From a virus (Duplodnaviria; Caudoviricetes): a stretch of DNA of 64,000 nt. Positions 46,991 through 55,982 of the stretch are shown here, piece after piece. Made by a program: the position numbers and the translations under genes. Position 1 is the stretch's first letter. Every line of letters begins with the position of its first letter. Under the pieces are notes generated by a model that saw only the letters and a program-made list of their open reading frames with translations, made no database searches and was not told where the DNA came from. The DNA is taken from the IMG/VR virus record IMGVR_UViG_3300033121_001789, positions 32,001 through 96,000 of that record; one strand, written 5' to 3'.

Positions 46991-48736
46991 TTAGTTTAAG
47001 TATTGTCTTGTGTCAGTAACAACAATTGTCATATACTGTTTTTGTGGGAAGAATCCTACATCAGCAAGAGCGTATCTTGAACGTAACAACATTCTTGGTG
47101 CGAAAGTTGCTTCGGAAATTACACTAATAGACTGTGCCATTAAGTAAGGTACGAAGATAAGACCTGGTTGGTCTGGGTTATTCTTTCTACCCAATACGAT
47201 TCTGTTGTCGCTATATCTCATATATGGATCAACGTAGATTTGGATATCACCTATTGTTCCAACTGGATATAATTGTCCTTGACCGTTAACTTTAGATTTA
47301 ACCGGGTTAATTGTATAACCAGATATATCCATAAGAGCTGCCGCAAGACCTCCATTTGTAATAGCGAATTGAGCTGGACCAACTCTACCTTCAGTAGCTA
47401 TATAGTTAGAAGCGTGAGCCATCTTAGTTATAAGCTTTCTCTGAACAGCGTGAGTTGTTTCACCACCGATACCACCACCGTATGTAACATAGTTTGTGTC
47501 TAAGTCAAAGATAGTAGATGCAGTTGTACCAGGAACAGTTGTACCTAAACTTGCGTTTAAAGGTGCATTTTGTCTGTTAGATTCACCAAGTGCAAATATT
47601 TTTTGAACGATTTGTTTAGAAATTGTTTGAGACAATTCATTTACAAGGATAGATTCCATCTTTTGAACGATATCCATACCTGTATTAGCTTTAATGTCTT
47701 CAATTTCTGTTCTTCTTAAAGCAGTTGATACTTCAATTGTACCCACAGCTATTGATTTAGAAGAAATTTTTGGACCAATAACACCTGAATAAGTATTATC
47801 ATCTGTTTGTCTATCCATTGGATAGTCTCCTGATGAAAGAGATGCTGCCCAGTTTGCAGAGAAACCTGGAAGTTGATCTTCAAGTGCAGATACTAATTCA
47901 ATTGTAGCAGAAGCAGTTACACCAACAGTACCAATATAGTTGATTTGAGCAACCATAGATGCAGTAGCATTGAATGTATTATACTCTGGAGCAAAATTAA
48001 ATGGACTTGTGTTAGCACCACCATAAACATTTTGAGAGTTTGCTTGTCTGTAAGCTCTGAACATTGGAGCTCCATCAATTCTTGAGAATCCTAAGAATTC
48101 AAGAACGTTTGTTTTTGTACTTGGTTCAGTTGAAACAAGTGCTGTAGACGAGCTGATATTAGCAACGAATACTCTTGCTCCTTGGATACCACCTGTTGTT
48201 AGTGTTCCAGATGCTGCAGTAACCTCAGTAGTTAAAGCTGCTTTCATAGCTGCTAATGCACCAGCACCAGCTGCAGTGATTTTAAATACTTGTGGACGAC
48301 CAGTTGTTCCACCATTTGTTAAATCATCATATTGAAAATCAATATAAAGAAGGTCGATTTTTGGACCTGGAGTTGGTTTTACAGCAACTAAATCAAGACC
48401 AATTGTTTGAGCTGCAATTTTCATCGCAACTGGCAAAAGATTTTGACCTAAATCACCAGAACCAAGAACACCAGCAGCACCACCGTATTGAGTTGGAAGT
48501 GAACCTCCACCAAAACCAGCACCACCACCAAGGTAACCAGGCAAACCAGCTACTGAAGGTGCTACTACTGAGCCCATACCAGCTGTTGTTGCGTTAGCGT
48601 AAGCGTTCTCATTGATTGAGTGAAATTCAGCATATTCTGCTAACCATTCAACTCTGTCAGAAGATACACCCATGTTTTCCAATACAGGACCCCATTTCTT
48701 AACCGCTTTTTGTTTGTCTATTCTAATGTGTGACAT
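46991..48736 (-). CDS. Major capsid protein (T4 gp23-like)
   Basis: KKWGPVLE, DLVAVKP..GP, EDIKA..GMD...ILVNELSQTI, IYVDPY, PGLIFVPY, TFAPRMLLRSRYAL. Confidence 0.93.
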   Translation of the reverse strand: MSHIRIDKQKAVKKWGPVLENMGVSSDRVEWLAEYAEFHSINENAYANATTAGMGSVVAPSVAGLPGYLGGGAGFGGGSLPTQYGGAAGVLGSGDLGQNLLPVAMKIAAQTIGLDLVAVKPTPGPKIDLLYIDFQYDDLTNGGTTGRPQVFKITAAGAGALAAMKAALTTEVTAASGTLTTGGIQGARVFVANISSSTALVSTEPSTKTNVLEFLGFSRIDGAPMFRAYRQANSQNVYGGANTSPFNFAPEYNTFNATASMVAQINYIGTVGVTASATIELVSALEDQLPGFSANWAASLSSGDYPMDRQTDDNTYSGVIGPKISSKSIAVGTIEVSTALRRTEIEDIKANTGMDIVQKMESILVNELSQTISKQIVQKIFALGESNRQNAPLNASLGTTVPGTTASTIFDLDTNYVTYGGGIGGETTHAVQRKLITKMAHASNYIATEGRVGPAQFAITNGGLAAALMDISGYTINPVKSKVNGQGQLYPVGTIGDIQIYVDPYMRYSDNRIVLGRKNNPDQPGLIFVPYLMAQSISVISEATFAPRMLLRSRYALADVGFFPQKQYMTIVVTDTRQYLN

Positions 48737-48773
48737 TTTTAAATTTTCTTTTTTTTGATCTACTGCCCGTAGA

Positions 48774-50894
48774 TTAAAGGTTTTTAAATCTCTCCATGAT
48801 TGCAGTTAATTCTTTATCAGATATTTTATCTTCTTGAATTAATGCGTCATGTGCTACTAATTTCTTAGTAACTGATTCGTTTTTCTTGAGATTTCTAGTC
48901 AACCAGAAATGTTCAACCTGAGATTCAGTTTTGATAACATCTTCTGGATAAAGTCTAGCTTGTGAAAGTATTGACTTTCTAGCATTCTCATTTAATTGAT
49001 TCCAAATTGGCTTGATGTTTTCAGGCATCAATCGGATCACTCTTTCTTCAAGAGTTTCGTTTTTAGAACTTAACGCCTCAGAAATTAACTTCAATACATC
49101 TTGTGTACTAAAGAAACTTTTTTCGCTTACATAAAGTTTAACAGTTTCTTGTTCTTCACTTGTTAGTGAGTAGAAACTATCAACCTGAGATTTGTTTAAA
49201 AACTTTAAAAAGTGTAGATCGGATGTTTCAGCGGCTTTTCGTTTTTTAGCCTCTTCGATCAATTTATCAATAGATTGTGATAATTCACTATCAGATTCAC
49301 CAGATGTTTCAAATTCTGGTTCTTCTTCGTTTCCATAGTCTTCACCATGTACTTCTTCTTCCTCTTCAGAAACAACATCATCTGTCATTTCAACCGGAGT
49401 TTCTTCAGCTGTAGGAACGTCTGTTTCATCATTCCATGCTTTTTCTTCTTCTTCCTCTTCCTCATCAACTACGTCAAAACCTGCTGATTGTAGTGTAGGG
49501 AATTTTTCTTCTCCTTCCAAATATTCATTAATTTTTCCACTACCATTTAATTTCTCAGAAATTAAACCAGCATAAGAAATTGATTTGTCAAGATTTTCTG
49601 CGATATATTCAGAATATGCAATATTATCATCGAGATTTTCTGCGATATATTCAGAATATGCAATGTTTCCTTCAACGTGTTCTGCTAAATACTCAGAATA
49701 TGCAATAGAATTATCTAAATGTTCTGCTAAGTATTCACCATAAGAAATTGATTTGTCAAGATTTTCTGCGATATATTCAGAATATGCAATGTTTTTGTCA
49801 AGATTTTCTGCGATATATTCAGAATATGCAATGTTTTTGTCAAGATTTTCTGCTAAATATTCACCATAAGAAATTGATTTGTCAAGATTTTCTGCTAAAT
49901 ATTCACCATAAGAAATTGATTTGTCAAGATTTTCTGCGATATATTCAGAATATGCAATGTTTTTATCAAGATTTTCTGCGATATATTCAGAATAGTTAAT
50001 AGCCTTTTCAAGGTTTTCTGCTAAATAATCATTATGCTTGATAAGCTTTTCTGCTGTAGATTTTAATGAGTTGTTTTCTTTAACAACAACTTGAACTTTA
50101 TCTGCTAAATAGTCTAAGTATTTAACTATTTGTGAATTGGTTTTATTCAATTCTTCATAATACTCAAGTAATTGATCCATTTTTTTAGGGGTAAGATTTC
50201 CCTTTGTCATAGCTGACTTAACTTCCTTTTTAGTGGAAGCTAATTCATTAACCAAATATTTAGAATAATCAGTTAATTGTTTTTTTGTTACGAAGTCGTT
50301 AGCGTTCATATTAAATAAATCATTAATTTTTGAATCATCAGACATTTCATAAATTCTAAAATTAGCCTTGTTGTTATAACCCAAAGATTCGTTAAGAGTC
50401 TTCATTGTCATTTTAGCTGAGGCAAATCCAGGATCTGCTACGATGTCATATGTGAATAATTTTTTCAAAGTAACTGTTCCATCAGATTCGGTAACTCCCG
50501 CTGCTCTTGACGAAACAAATATTGGACAGCCATCATTTACAAGAGCTTTAGCTTCTTTACCCCAATAGGTATTTAAAAGTCTTATTTCCCCCTCAACTCT
50601 ATTAGACTCTTTAATAAAAGATGCCTTTTTAATTATGTGTGAGGATCTTGATAATGATGTATCAAATACATCAGGATGGTCAAATTCACCATATACAACA
50701 CCGAAGTCATTCATTCTCTCATTTAATTCATTTAAACAAGGAAGAAATTTCTCAGCAGTATAAACTCTATCATTTCGATTTTTTACATCGAATTCAGTGA
50801 ATACTCCACCTAAAATATATTTATCATTTTGACTATCGTTTTCATTAATTGATAACGGGTTCGTCATGTTTTCTACAATTAGGACTGATTTCAT
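48774..50894 (-). CDS. Prohead protease (gp21-like) fused to a long scaffold/core-like region
   Basis: KNRNDRVY, GEFDHP, VSSRAAG, TYDIVADPGF, then coiled-coil repeats and an acidic tract; likely ATG 50894. Confidence 0.9.
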   Translation of the reverse strand: MKSVLIVENMTNPLSINENDSQNDKYILGGVFTEFDVKNRNDRVYTAEKFLPCLNELNERMNDFGVVYGEFDHPDVFDTSLSRSSHIIKKASFIKESNRVEGEIRLLNTYWGKEAKALVNDGCPIFVSSRAAGVTESDGTVTLKKLFTYDIVADPGFASAKMTMKTLNESLGYNNKANFRIYEMSDDSKINDLFNMNANDFVTKKQLTDYSKYLVNELASTKKEVKSAMTKGNLTPKKMDQLLEYYEELNKTNSQIVKYLDYLADKVQVVVKENNSLKSTAEKLIKHNDYLAENLEKAINYSEYIAENLDKNIAYSEYIAENLDKSISYGEYLAENLDKSISYGEYLAENLDKNIAYSEYIAENLDKNIAYSEYIAENLDKSISYGEYLAEHLDNSIAYSEYLAEHVEGNIAYSEYIAENLDDNIAYSEYIAENLDKSISYAGLISEKLNGSGKINEYLEGEEKFPTLQSAGFDVVDEEEEEEEKAWNDETDVPTAEETPVEMTDDVVSEEEEEVHGEDYGNEEEPEFETSGESDSELSQSIDKLIEEAKKRKAAETSDLHFLKFLNKSQVDSFYSLTSEEQETVKLYVSEKSFFSTQDVLKLISEALSSKNETLEERVIRLMPENIKPIWNQLNENARKSILSQARLYPEDVIKTESQVEHFWLTRNLKKNESVTKKLVAHDALIQEDKISDKELTAIMERFKNL
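49570..50035 (-). repeat. About 11 tandem 42-bp (14 aa) repeats, NIAYSEYIAENLDK / SISYGEYLAENLDK
   Basis: Visible in both DNA and protein. Confidence 0.9.
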
Positions 50895-51063
50895 TAATTG
50901 ATTTGTCTTTATTTTGATATATATATCCAACCGTGAAAAACCGAAAAAATAAATGGTGGATTTTTTATAAGATACACTAAAACACCATATTTTATTAGAC
51001 TTGAAGAATATTTAAAATGGAGTGTGTACAAATTAATATATAATTAAAATTTTATGGTTTTTT

Positions 51064-51417
51064 ATGATAATAACCCGCGAAATTAAAATTAAAGTCATTG
51101 AATCGAATTATCAATATCTCGATGATATGGGTTATGATATATCTATTGGTGATACACTAAGTATACCAGTTGAATTATTATCCAAAGGATCACATCACAA
51201 AATAAAATGCAAATGTGATGGATGTGGGGTAGAAAAAGATGTTATTTTTAAAAATTATGTCAAGTATGATAATAAATGGGGTTTTTATTATTGTAGAAAA
51301 TGCTCTGAAAAGAAAAGAAAGGAATCTTTACAAAAAACTTATGGGGTTGAATACCCAATTCAAAATAAGAATATTTATAAAAAAATGAAACTAACTTTAT
51401 CTGAAAGAAAAAAATAG
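51064..51417 (+). CDS. Zinc-ribbon protein resembling the N-terminal part of homing endonucleases, no nuclease domain
   Basis: CKCDGCG...YYCRKC...YGVEYP. Confidence 0.55.
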   Translation: MIITREIKIKVIESNYQYLDDMGYDISIGDTLSIPVELLSKGSHHKIKCKCDGCGVEKDVIFKNYVKYDNKWGFYYCRKCSEKKRKESLQKTYGVEYPIQNKNIYKKMKLTLSERKK

Positions 51418-51431
51418 TGTAAATTTACACG

Positions 51432-51821
51432 ATGAAATCCACAATAGTAGAGATAGACAAAAAATATTCTAAACTTGAGAATTTTAAAAAATTATTTGAT
51501 AACGAAAAATCAGTTAAACGTGATTTTATAATTTCCAATCTACTAGGCGAATCCGAAATTCAAATTATAACATCAATTTTGTGTGCGTTCTCAACTGACG
51601 AATATACAACTTTAATAACAGACACCGCATTAGTCATTAAAAAGATGAAATTTGATGTCGATAGTAATTATAATATTCTAAAATTGAATGTATATTTTGA
51701 TATACTAAATAATAGAAATGGAAAATTAGTTAAAGAAATGATGAAGTATTCTGAATTAAAAATAAAACCAAAAATAGAACCATCTAGTTTCAATGTATTG
51801 GGATTTTATATATCCTTTTAG
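51432..51821 (+). CDS. Hypothetical protein
   Basis: 129 aa ORF; internal KRDFIISNLL. Confidence 0.55.
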   Translation: MKSTIVEIDKKYSKLENFKKLFDNEKSVKRDFIISNLLGESEIQIITSILCAFSTDEYTTLITDTALVIKKMKFDVDSNYNILKLNVYFDILNNRNGKLVKEMMKYSELKIKPKIEPSSFNVLGFYISF

Positions 51822-53539
51822 AATTCGAATTCTCCGCCACCACCTGCTTCTTCTCCACCACCTTCTGTTCCAGCAGGGGGAGTTTCTGGCGACCCAGTAT
51901 CTCCACCTCCGAATTCTCCACCAGTATCTCCACCTCCGAATTCTCCGCCGCCTCCAAATTCACCACCACCAGCTCCTTCCTCACCAGGAACTCCAGTTCC
52001 AGCACCAGCTGCCGCATCCTTAATCCAATATTTTTTGTTTTCTTCTTTTTCCTCGGGCGTTAACTTCAATACATGATCGATTAAATATTCAATATGAAAA
52101 TATGGTTTACCATCAGGAGTTTGAATACCTGTTAATGTTCCAAGTATTTCTGCCTTCTTGTTAAGATTTCCTAACTTTTTCCATTCTTCAAATAATTGAT
52201 TGGATAAGAATTGTATATCAACCTCATTTAAAAATTTTTCATCATCTTTTAATTCCGGAAATTCAACCAACATCTGTAATTTAAGTGGCTTAACCACAAT
52301 TTCTTTAAAATTAGCTCTCAATCTCATTACAAAATTTCCAAATTTAGCCTCATCTCTTGTTATCTCTGATGCGTCAGAAAAAACATTACCACCACCATTC
52401 TCATCTGATTGAAATCTTTGCATAGGAATTCGAGAAGCTCTTTTTAAAATATTAAAAAACCATTTTAAAATATCATCCTCATTTAAGTTATGACCAACAC
52501 CACCTTGATTCATTATCTCAACTTGAGGAGTTCCACCCTCTCCCTCAGGAAACCAAAATTGCTTATTGTAAGGTAGGTGTTTTTGACCATTGATTCTTAA
52601 TGTACCAAGTGTGTCATCCCATTCTATTTCCTCAGAATAATCTTGTATTAATTGACCTATTTGCTCTTCTGCTTTTTGACGACCCAATCCTTTAATTGGA
52701 ATTGTAAATTTTTGATACAATGTCGCATTAATAATATTAAACATTATTTTTGTTTGCTCAATTATCTTAACCTGATTATATGGTTTTATTAATCCCTCGA
52801 TGTAGGAAGTTTCAGAATAGTCATTTTGACTCGAATATGAAATGAAAACAATTTGAGAATCTAAAAATATCCTTCTAAGTTGAGGATCCTCTGGATACTG
52901 AATCCAGAGATGACCAATAGAAGGTTCAAATGCCGGGACTAATGTTTCTGGGCGTAATCTATTAAATCCAATTATATTTTTCTTCTTATCGTCCCATATA
53001 ATCTCTTGAGCAATGTATCCATCAATTAAAAAATCCTTCATCAACATCCAAGCACTAACAGAATCAGAAAATCCATATCTATTATAAATCTTTTCAAAAT
53101 ATTCTTGATATTTATCCTTTATATCCTGTGAATAGTCACTTGATAACATTTTAGGAGAACAGAAATCCTTATCACTATAAATAATACATTCATCACAAAC
53201 AGTTGAAACAAAATCTCTTAATTCATCTTTTATTGAATATTCTCTTAATATTCTTCTTTTATCAGCATAACTCCTATCTAAGTATGGTATAGACTTTCTA
53301 TTTAAAATTGAAGCAACAGCTCTTTTTGAAAAGAAATCATACATGGAATTTCCTTGTTGTGAATAGGGATCTTCATTTATACCAACACCAACTTGATTAC
53401 GCATTATCATATCATCATATGCCATACCCCAAGTTGATAAATTTCTAAGAATTCTTGAAAATAAACCACGGTTCTCAACCGCGCCATTCATGTTATATTG
53501 GAATTGCCCCTGATTATTATTAGGATTATAAGAAGCCAT
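51818..53539 (-). CDS. Portal protein (T4 gp20-like)
   Basis: DFLIDG, KPYNQVKIIE, KAEEQI, FWFP, DILKWF..L..ASRIP..R, EITRDEAKF..FV.RLR; Gly-rich tail. Confidence 0.92.
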   Translation of the reverse strand: MASYNPNNNQGQFQYNMNGAVENRGLFSRILRNLSTWGMAYDDMIMRNQVGVGINEDPYSQQGNSMYDFFSKRAVASILNRKSIPYLDRSYADKRRILREYSIKDELRDFVSTVCDECIIYSDKDFCSPKMLSSDYSQDIKDKYQEYFEKIYNRYGFSDSVSAWMLMKDFLIDGYIAQEIIWDDKKKNIIGFNRLRPETLVPAFEPSIGHLWIQYPEDPQLRRIFLDSQIVFISYSSQNDYSETSYIEGLIKPYNQVKIIEQTKIMFNIINATLYQKFTIPIKGLGRQKAEEQIGQLIQDYSEEIEWDDTLGTLRINGQKHLPYNKQFWFPEGEGGTPQVEIMNQGGVGHNLNEDDILKWFFNILKRASRIPMQRFQSDENGGGNVFSDASEITRDEAKFGNFVMRLRANFKEIVVKPLKLQMLVEFPELKDDEKFLNEVDIQFLSNQLFEEWKKLGNLNKKAEILGTLTGIQTPDGKPYFHIEYLIDHVLKLTPEEKEENKKYWIKDAAAGAGTGVPGEEGAGGGEFGGGGEFGGGDTGGEFGGGDTGSPETPPAGTEGGGEEAGGGGEFEF

Positions 53540-53580
53540 AAATTTTTAAAATTTTAAGTATATATAAAAAATCCGCCTCC

Positions 53581-53910
53581 CTATTCTTTTGGGAATTCAT
53601 TTAGAAAAGATAATAACTCCTCTCTAAATGATTGGTAGCCGGGAACCCTGTTTAAATCATTGGTAAGTCCAGTAATAACCTTATCAACAATAACTTTACG
53701 GCTTTGTACTGCTCCGGGTCCTGATATATCAAATTCTTCGTCTCTTTTTTTCTTATCATCCATCAATTTAGGTAAATACTTACCAGATGTTTCTTTTCGA
53801 ATTTTCTCTATTTGTTCACTCCTATCTTTATCAATTTCCCTTCTTAGATTATTTTCGGCTTCTATTTGACCTCTATAATCCAAGTCCTCAAATGTTTTAA
53901 TATGCTTCAT
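53581..53910 (-). CDS. Small protein, candidate internal head protein
   Basis: MKHIKTFEDL N-terminus; late motif at 53930-53939. Confidence 0.65.
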   Translation of the reverse strand: MKHIKTFEDLDYRGQIEAENNLRREIDKDRSEQIEKIRKETSGKYLPKLMDDKKKRDEEFDISGPGAVQSRKVIVDKVITGLTNDLNRVPGYQSFREELLSFLNEFPKE

Positions 53911-53947
53911 AATATGATTAATTTTAATGTATATATTAACTTAAATT

Positions 53948-54643
53948 TTAAGATTTTCCATATTTCTCATAACTATCCTGCAATCTCGATATATGCTCTT
54001 TTAATGCCTGATATTGATCAGATATTTCCTTATTAATTTCATAGAAATCGCTCAAAACTGAAGATATAATCTCACGATGTCTTTCTTCTTTAGTTTCTAA
54101 CTTGGTTTTCCATATTTCTAATAATTTTTTTGGATCATATGTATTTTTTGGATAAGAAGAATATAGAAACCTAGGAAGTAAATTTAAATCTATTTGATGT
54201 ATAATCTTAATTTGTGCAACGTTATATTCCTGAATTGAATAATCAAATCCATATCTTAATAATTCAGAATACATTCCTTTAAAATCAACTTCCAAAATAT
54301 CATTATTTTTCATGTTATTCTCTGTAATAAATTTATCAAAAATAGAAACTCGCAATTCGAGTGGGATAAAATTAAAATTAACACCAAGTATAACTATCAT
54401 ATTCTTAAATCTTCTATAATCGCAACAAAAAATTGGAGACCATCTCATCCAATTAGAATCGTCGAGATAATGTAAAAAATAAAATCTACCGACTTGTATA
54501 TCCTCCTTATTAATTGATAAACAGTCTTTATCAGATTTTTTATATTTTTCATACATGTGTGATGTATTCTTTCGATAGAAATCAACAATGTCTCTTCCAA
54601 AAACTTTCTGATCCAGTTCCAATTTATCTTTTAGAGCTCCCAT
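53948..54643 (-). CDS. DNA end protector-like protein (T4 gp2-like)
   Basis: GRFYFLHY...PIF...LGVNFNFIP..LR; divergent from the gp4-like gene. Confidence 0.6.
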   Translation of the reverse strand: MGALKDKLELDQKVFGRDIVDFYRKNTSHMYEKYKKSDKDCLSINKEDIQVGRFYFLHYLDDSNWMRWSPIFCCDYRRFKNMIVILGVNFNFIPLELRVSIFDKFITENNMKNNDILEVDFKGMYSELLRYGFDYSIQEYNVAQIKIIHQIDLNLLPRFLYSSYPKNTYDPKKLLEIWKTKLETKEERHREIISSVLSDFYEINKEISDQYQALKEHISRLQDSYEKYGKS

Positions 54644-54661
54644 AAGAATATATATAAATAT

Positions 54662-55198
54662 ATGATAAATTCAACTCCAAATAATTCTAATTACCATCAA
54701 GGAAATTTTATTCCAAAAAATAAAGAAAAAGTAATCAAATTAAACTCCAAAGGAGGTGTTTACTACCGAAGCTCTTGGGAGTTAAAAATAATGACATGGT
54801 TAGATATAAATTCAAAAATAACTAAATGGGGAGCAGAATGTATTAGTATACCATATCAATTAACACACTTTTCAAAAAATGGAGATATAGATATTAAGAG
54901 TCATAACTATTATCCAGATTTCTATTATGAACTATATGATGGTGAGACACTGAAAAAGGTAATAGCCGAAGTGAAACCAATGAAAGAATATCTGATGGTA
55001 CAAAAAATACAAAACTCACAAGTTTCTATTCCTGAAAATGCAAGCATGAAAAAAATGAAAAATTTAGAATATGATATGAAAATGGCACATAAAAATAAAA
55101 ATAAATGGGAAACAATGATTAAATTTTGTGACAAAAAAGGGTGGGAATTTATAATAATAACCGAAGATATACTTAAAAAGATGGGTATGTTATCGTAA
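54662..55198 (+). CDS. Head completion nuclease (T4 gp4-like, TnsA-like)
   Basis: QGNFIPKN..K, YRSSWE, WGAE.I.IPY, YYPDF, EVKP, KWE...GWEFIIITE. Confidence 0.9.
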   Translation: MINSTPNNSNYHQGNFIPKNKEKVIKLNSKGGVYYRSSWELKIMTWLDINSKITKWGAECISIPYQLTHFSKNGDIDIKSHNYYPDFYYELYDGETLKKVIAEVKPMKEYLMVQKIQNSQVSIPENASMKKMKNLEYDMKMAHKNKNKWETMIKFCDKKGWEFIIITEDILKKMGMLS

Positions 55199-55502
55199 TC
55201 AATCCTAAAATTTTAATAGATGAGTATATCATTTCTATAAAATGTATTCTCTTATATTTATACCTTATAATGGATATTAATATCCATATAGATATAAAAA
55301 ATAATGAAAATTTATAATTTGAAAAAAGTAATATTATTACCCAAAATGGGTATATTAATTCTATAACATAATATAGAATATCTACCAATATAAAAGTTTT
55401 GCTACTATATCTTTTTAATTTTCCTTCAATTCCATCTTCCAGATGTGAATAGTTCAGTATAAAATATAAAGTTGAAATTATAAATAGAATCGGAAAAAAC
55501 AT
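55173..55502 (-). CDS. Small membrane protein
   Basis: Hydrophobic 109 aa ORF. Confidence 0.5.
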   Translation of the reverse strand: MFFPILFIISTLYFILNYSHLEDGIEGKLKRYSSKTFILVDILYYVIELIYPFWVIILLFSNYKFSLFFISIWILISIIRYKYKRIHFIEMIYSSIKILGLITITYPSF

Positions 55503-55519
55503 ACTTCAAAAATATTTTT

Positions 55520-55885
55520 CTACAAAGAATGTAATCCATGTCCATCATTTGATCCCTCTAGTGATATTAACTTAACTAAATTATCAGAATCTCCTTTCTT
55601 CTTATATAATTCATTAAATCCCTTAGCTATACCTCTCTTAAAAACTTCAGTAAAGTAAGCAAAAGCATTTACAGATTTTTCCTCATTAAAATTATACCAA
55701 TTTTGATACATGTCCAATAGTCCAGATTGATAACAATCAAGCTTATCATCATTGTTCCAGTATCTCATTTTTTTTATTGTTTCCTTTCCGAGGATTTCTA
55801 ACATTTTTTCTGCTTTTCGGGTTAATTTTCCCTGTGATTTCGAAACTAAAATTTCGACATACAAATCTCTGTTATTTAAATACAT
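55520..55885 (-). CDS. Late-transcription sigma factor (T4 gp55-like), short
   Basis: YLNNRDLY, DD..DC.Q, YNFNEEKSVNAFAYFT. Confidence 0.8.
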   Translation of the reverse strand: MYLNNRDLYVEILVSKSQGKLTRKAEKMLEILGKETIKKMRYWNNDDKLDCYQSGLLDMYQNWYNFNEEKSVNAFAYFTEVFKRGIAKGFNELYKKKGDSDNLVKLISLEGSNDGHGLHSL

Positions 55886-55948
55886 TAATAAGATTAATTT
55901 TTGCCTTTTTAAGGTTTCATGTTATATGAAATCTTATATACATAAGTT

Positions 55949-55980
55949 TAAAAAACCTCGAAAAATTTCGAGGTTTTTTA
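55949..55980. terminator. Intrinsic terminator
   Basis: TAAAAAACCTCGAAA-AA-TTTCGAGGTTTTTTA. Confidence 0.8.
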
Positions 55981-55982
55981 AA

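Noticed and set aside
48758-48774. Terminator between protease and MCP genes (ATCTAC-TGCCC-GTAGAT)
   Set aside because: Short stem with no U-tract on the coding strand; at most an mRNA stability or processing hairpin.
49570-50035. CRISPR array
   Set aside because: Contiguous 42-bp coding repeats with no unique spacers, in frame within the protease-scaffold gene.
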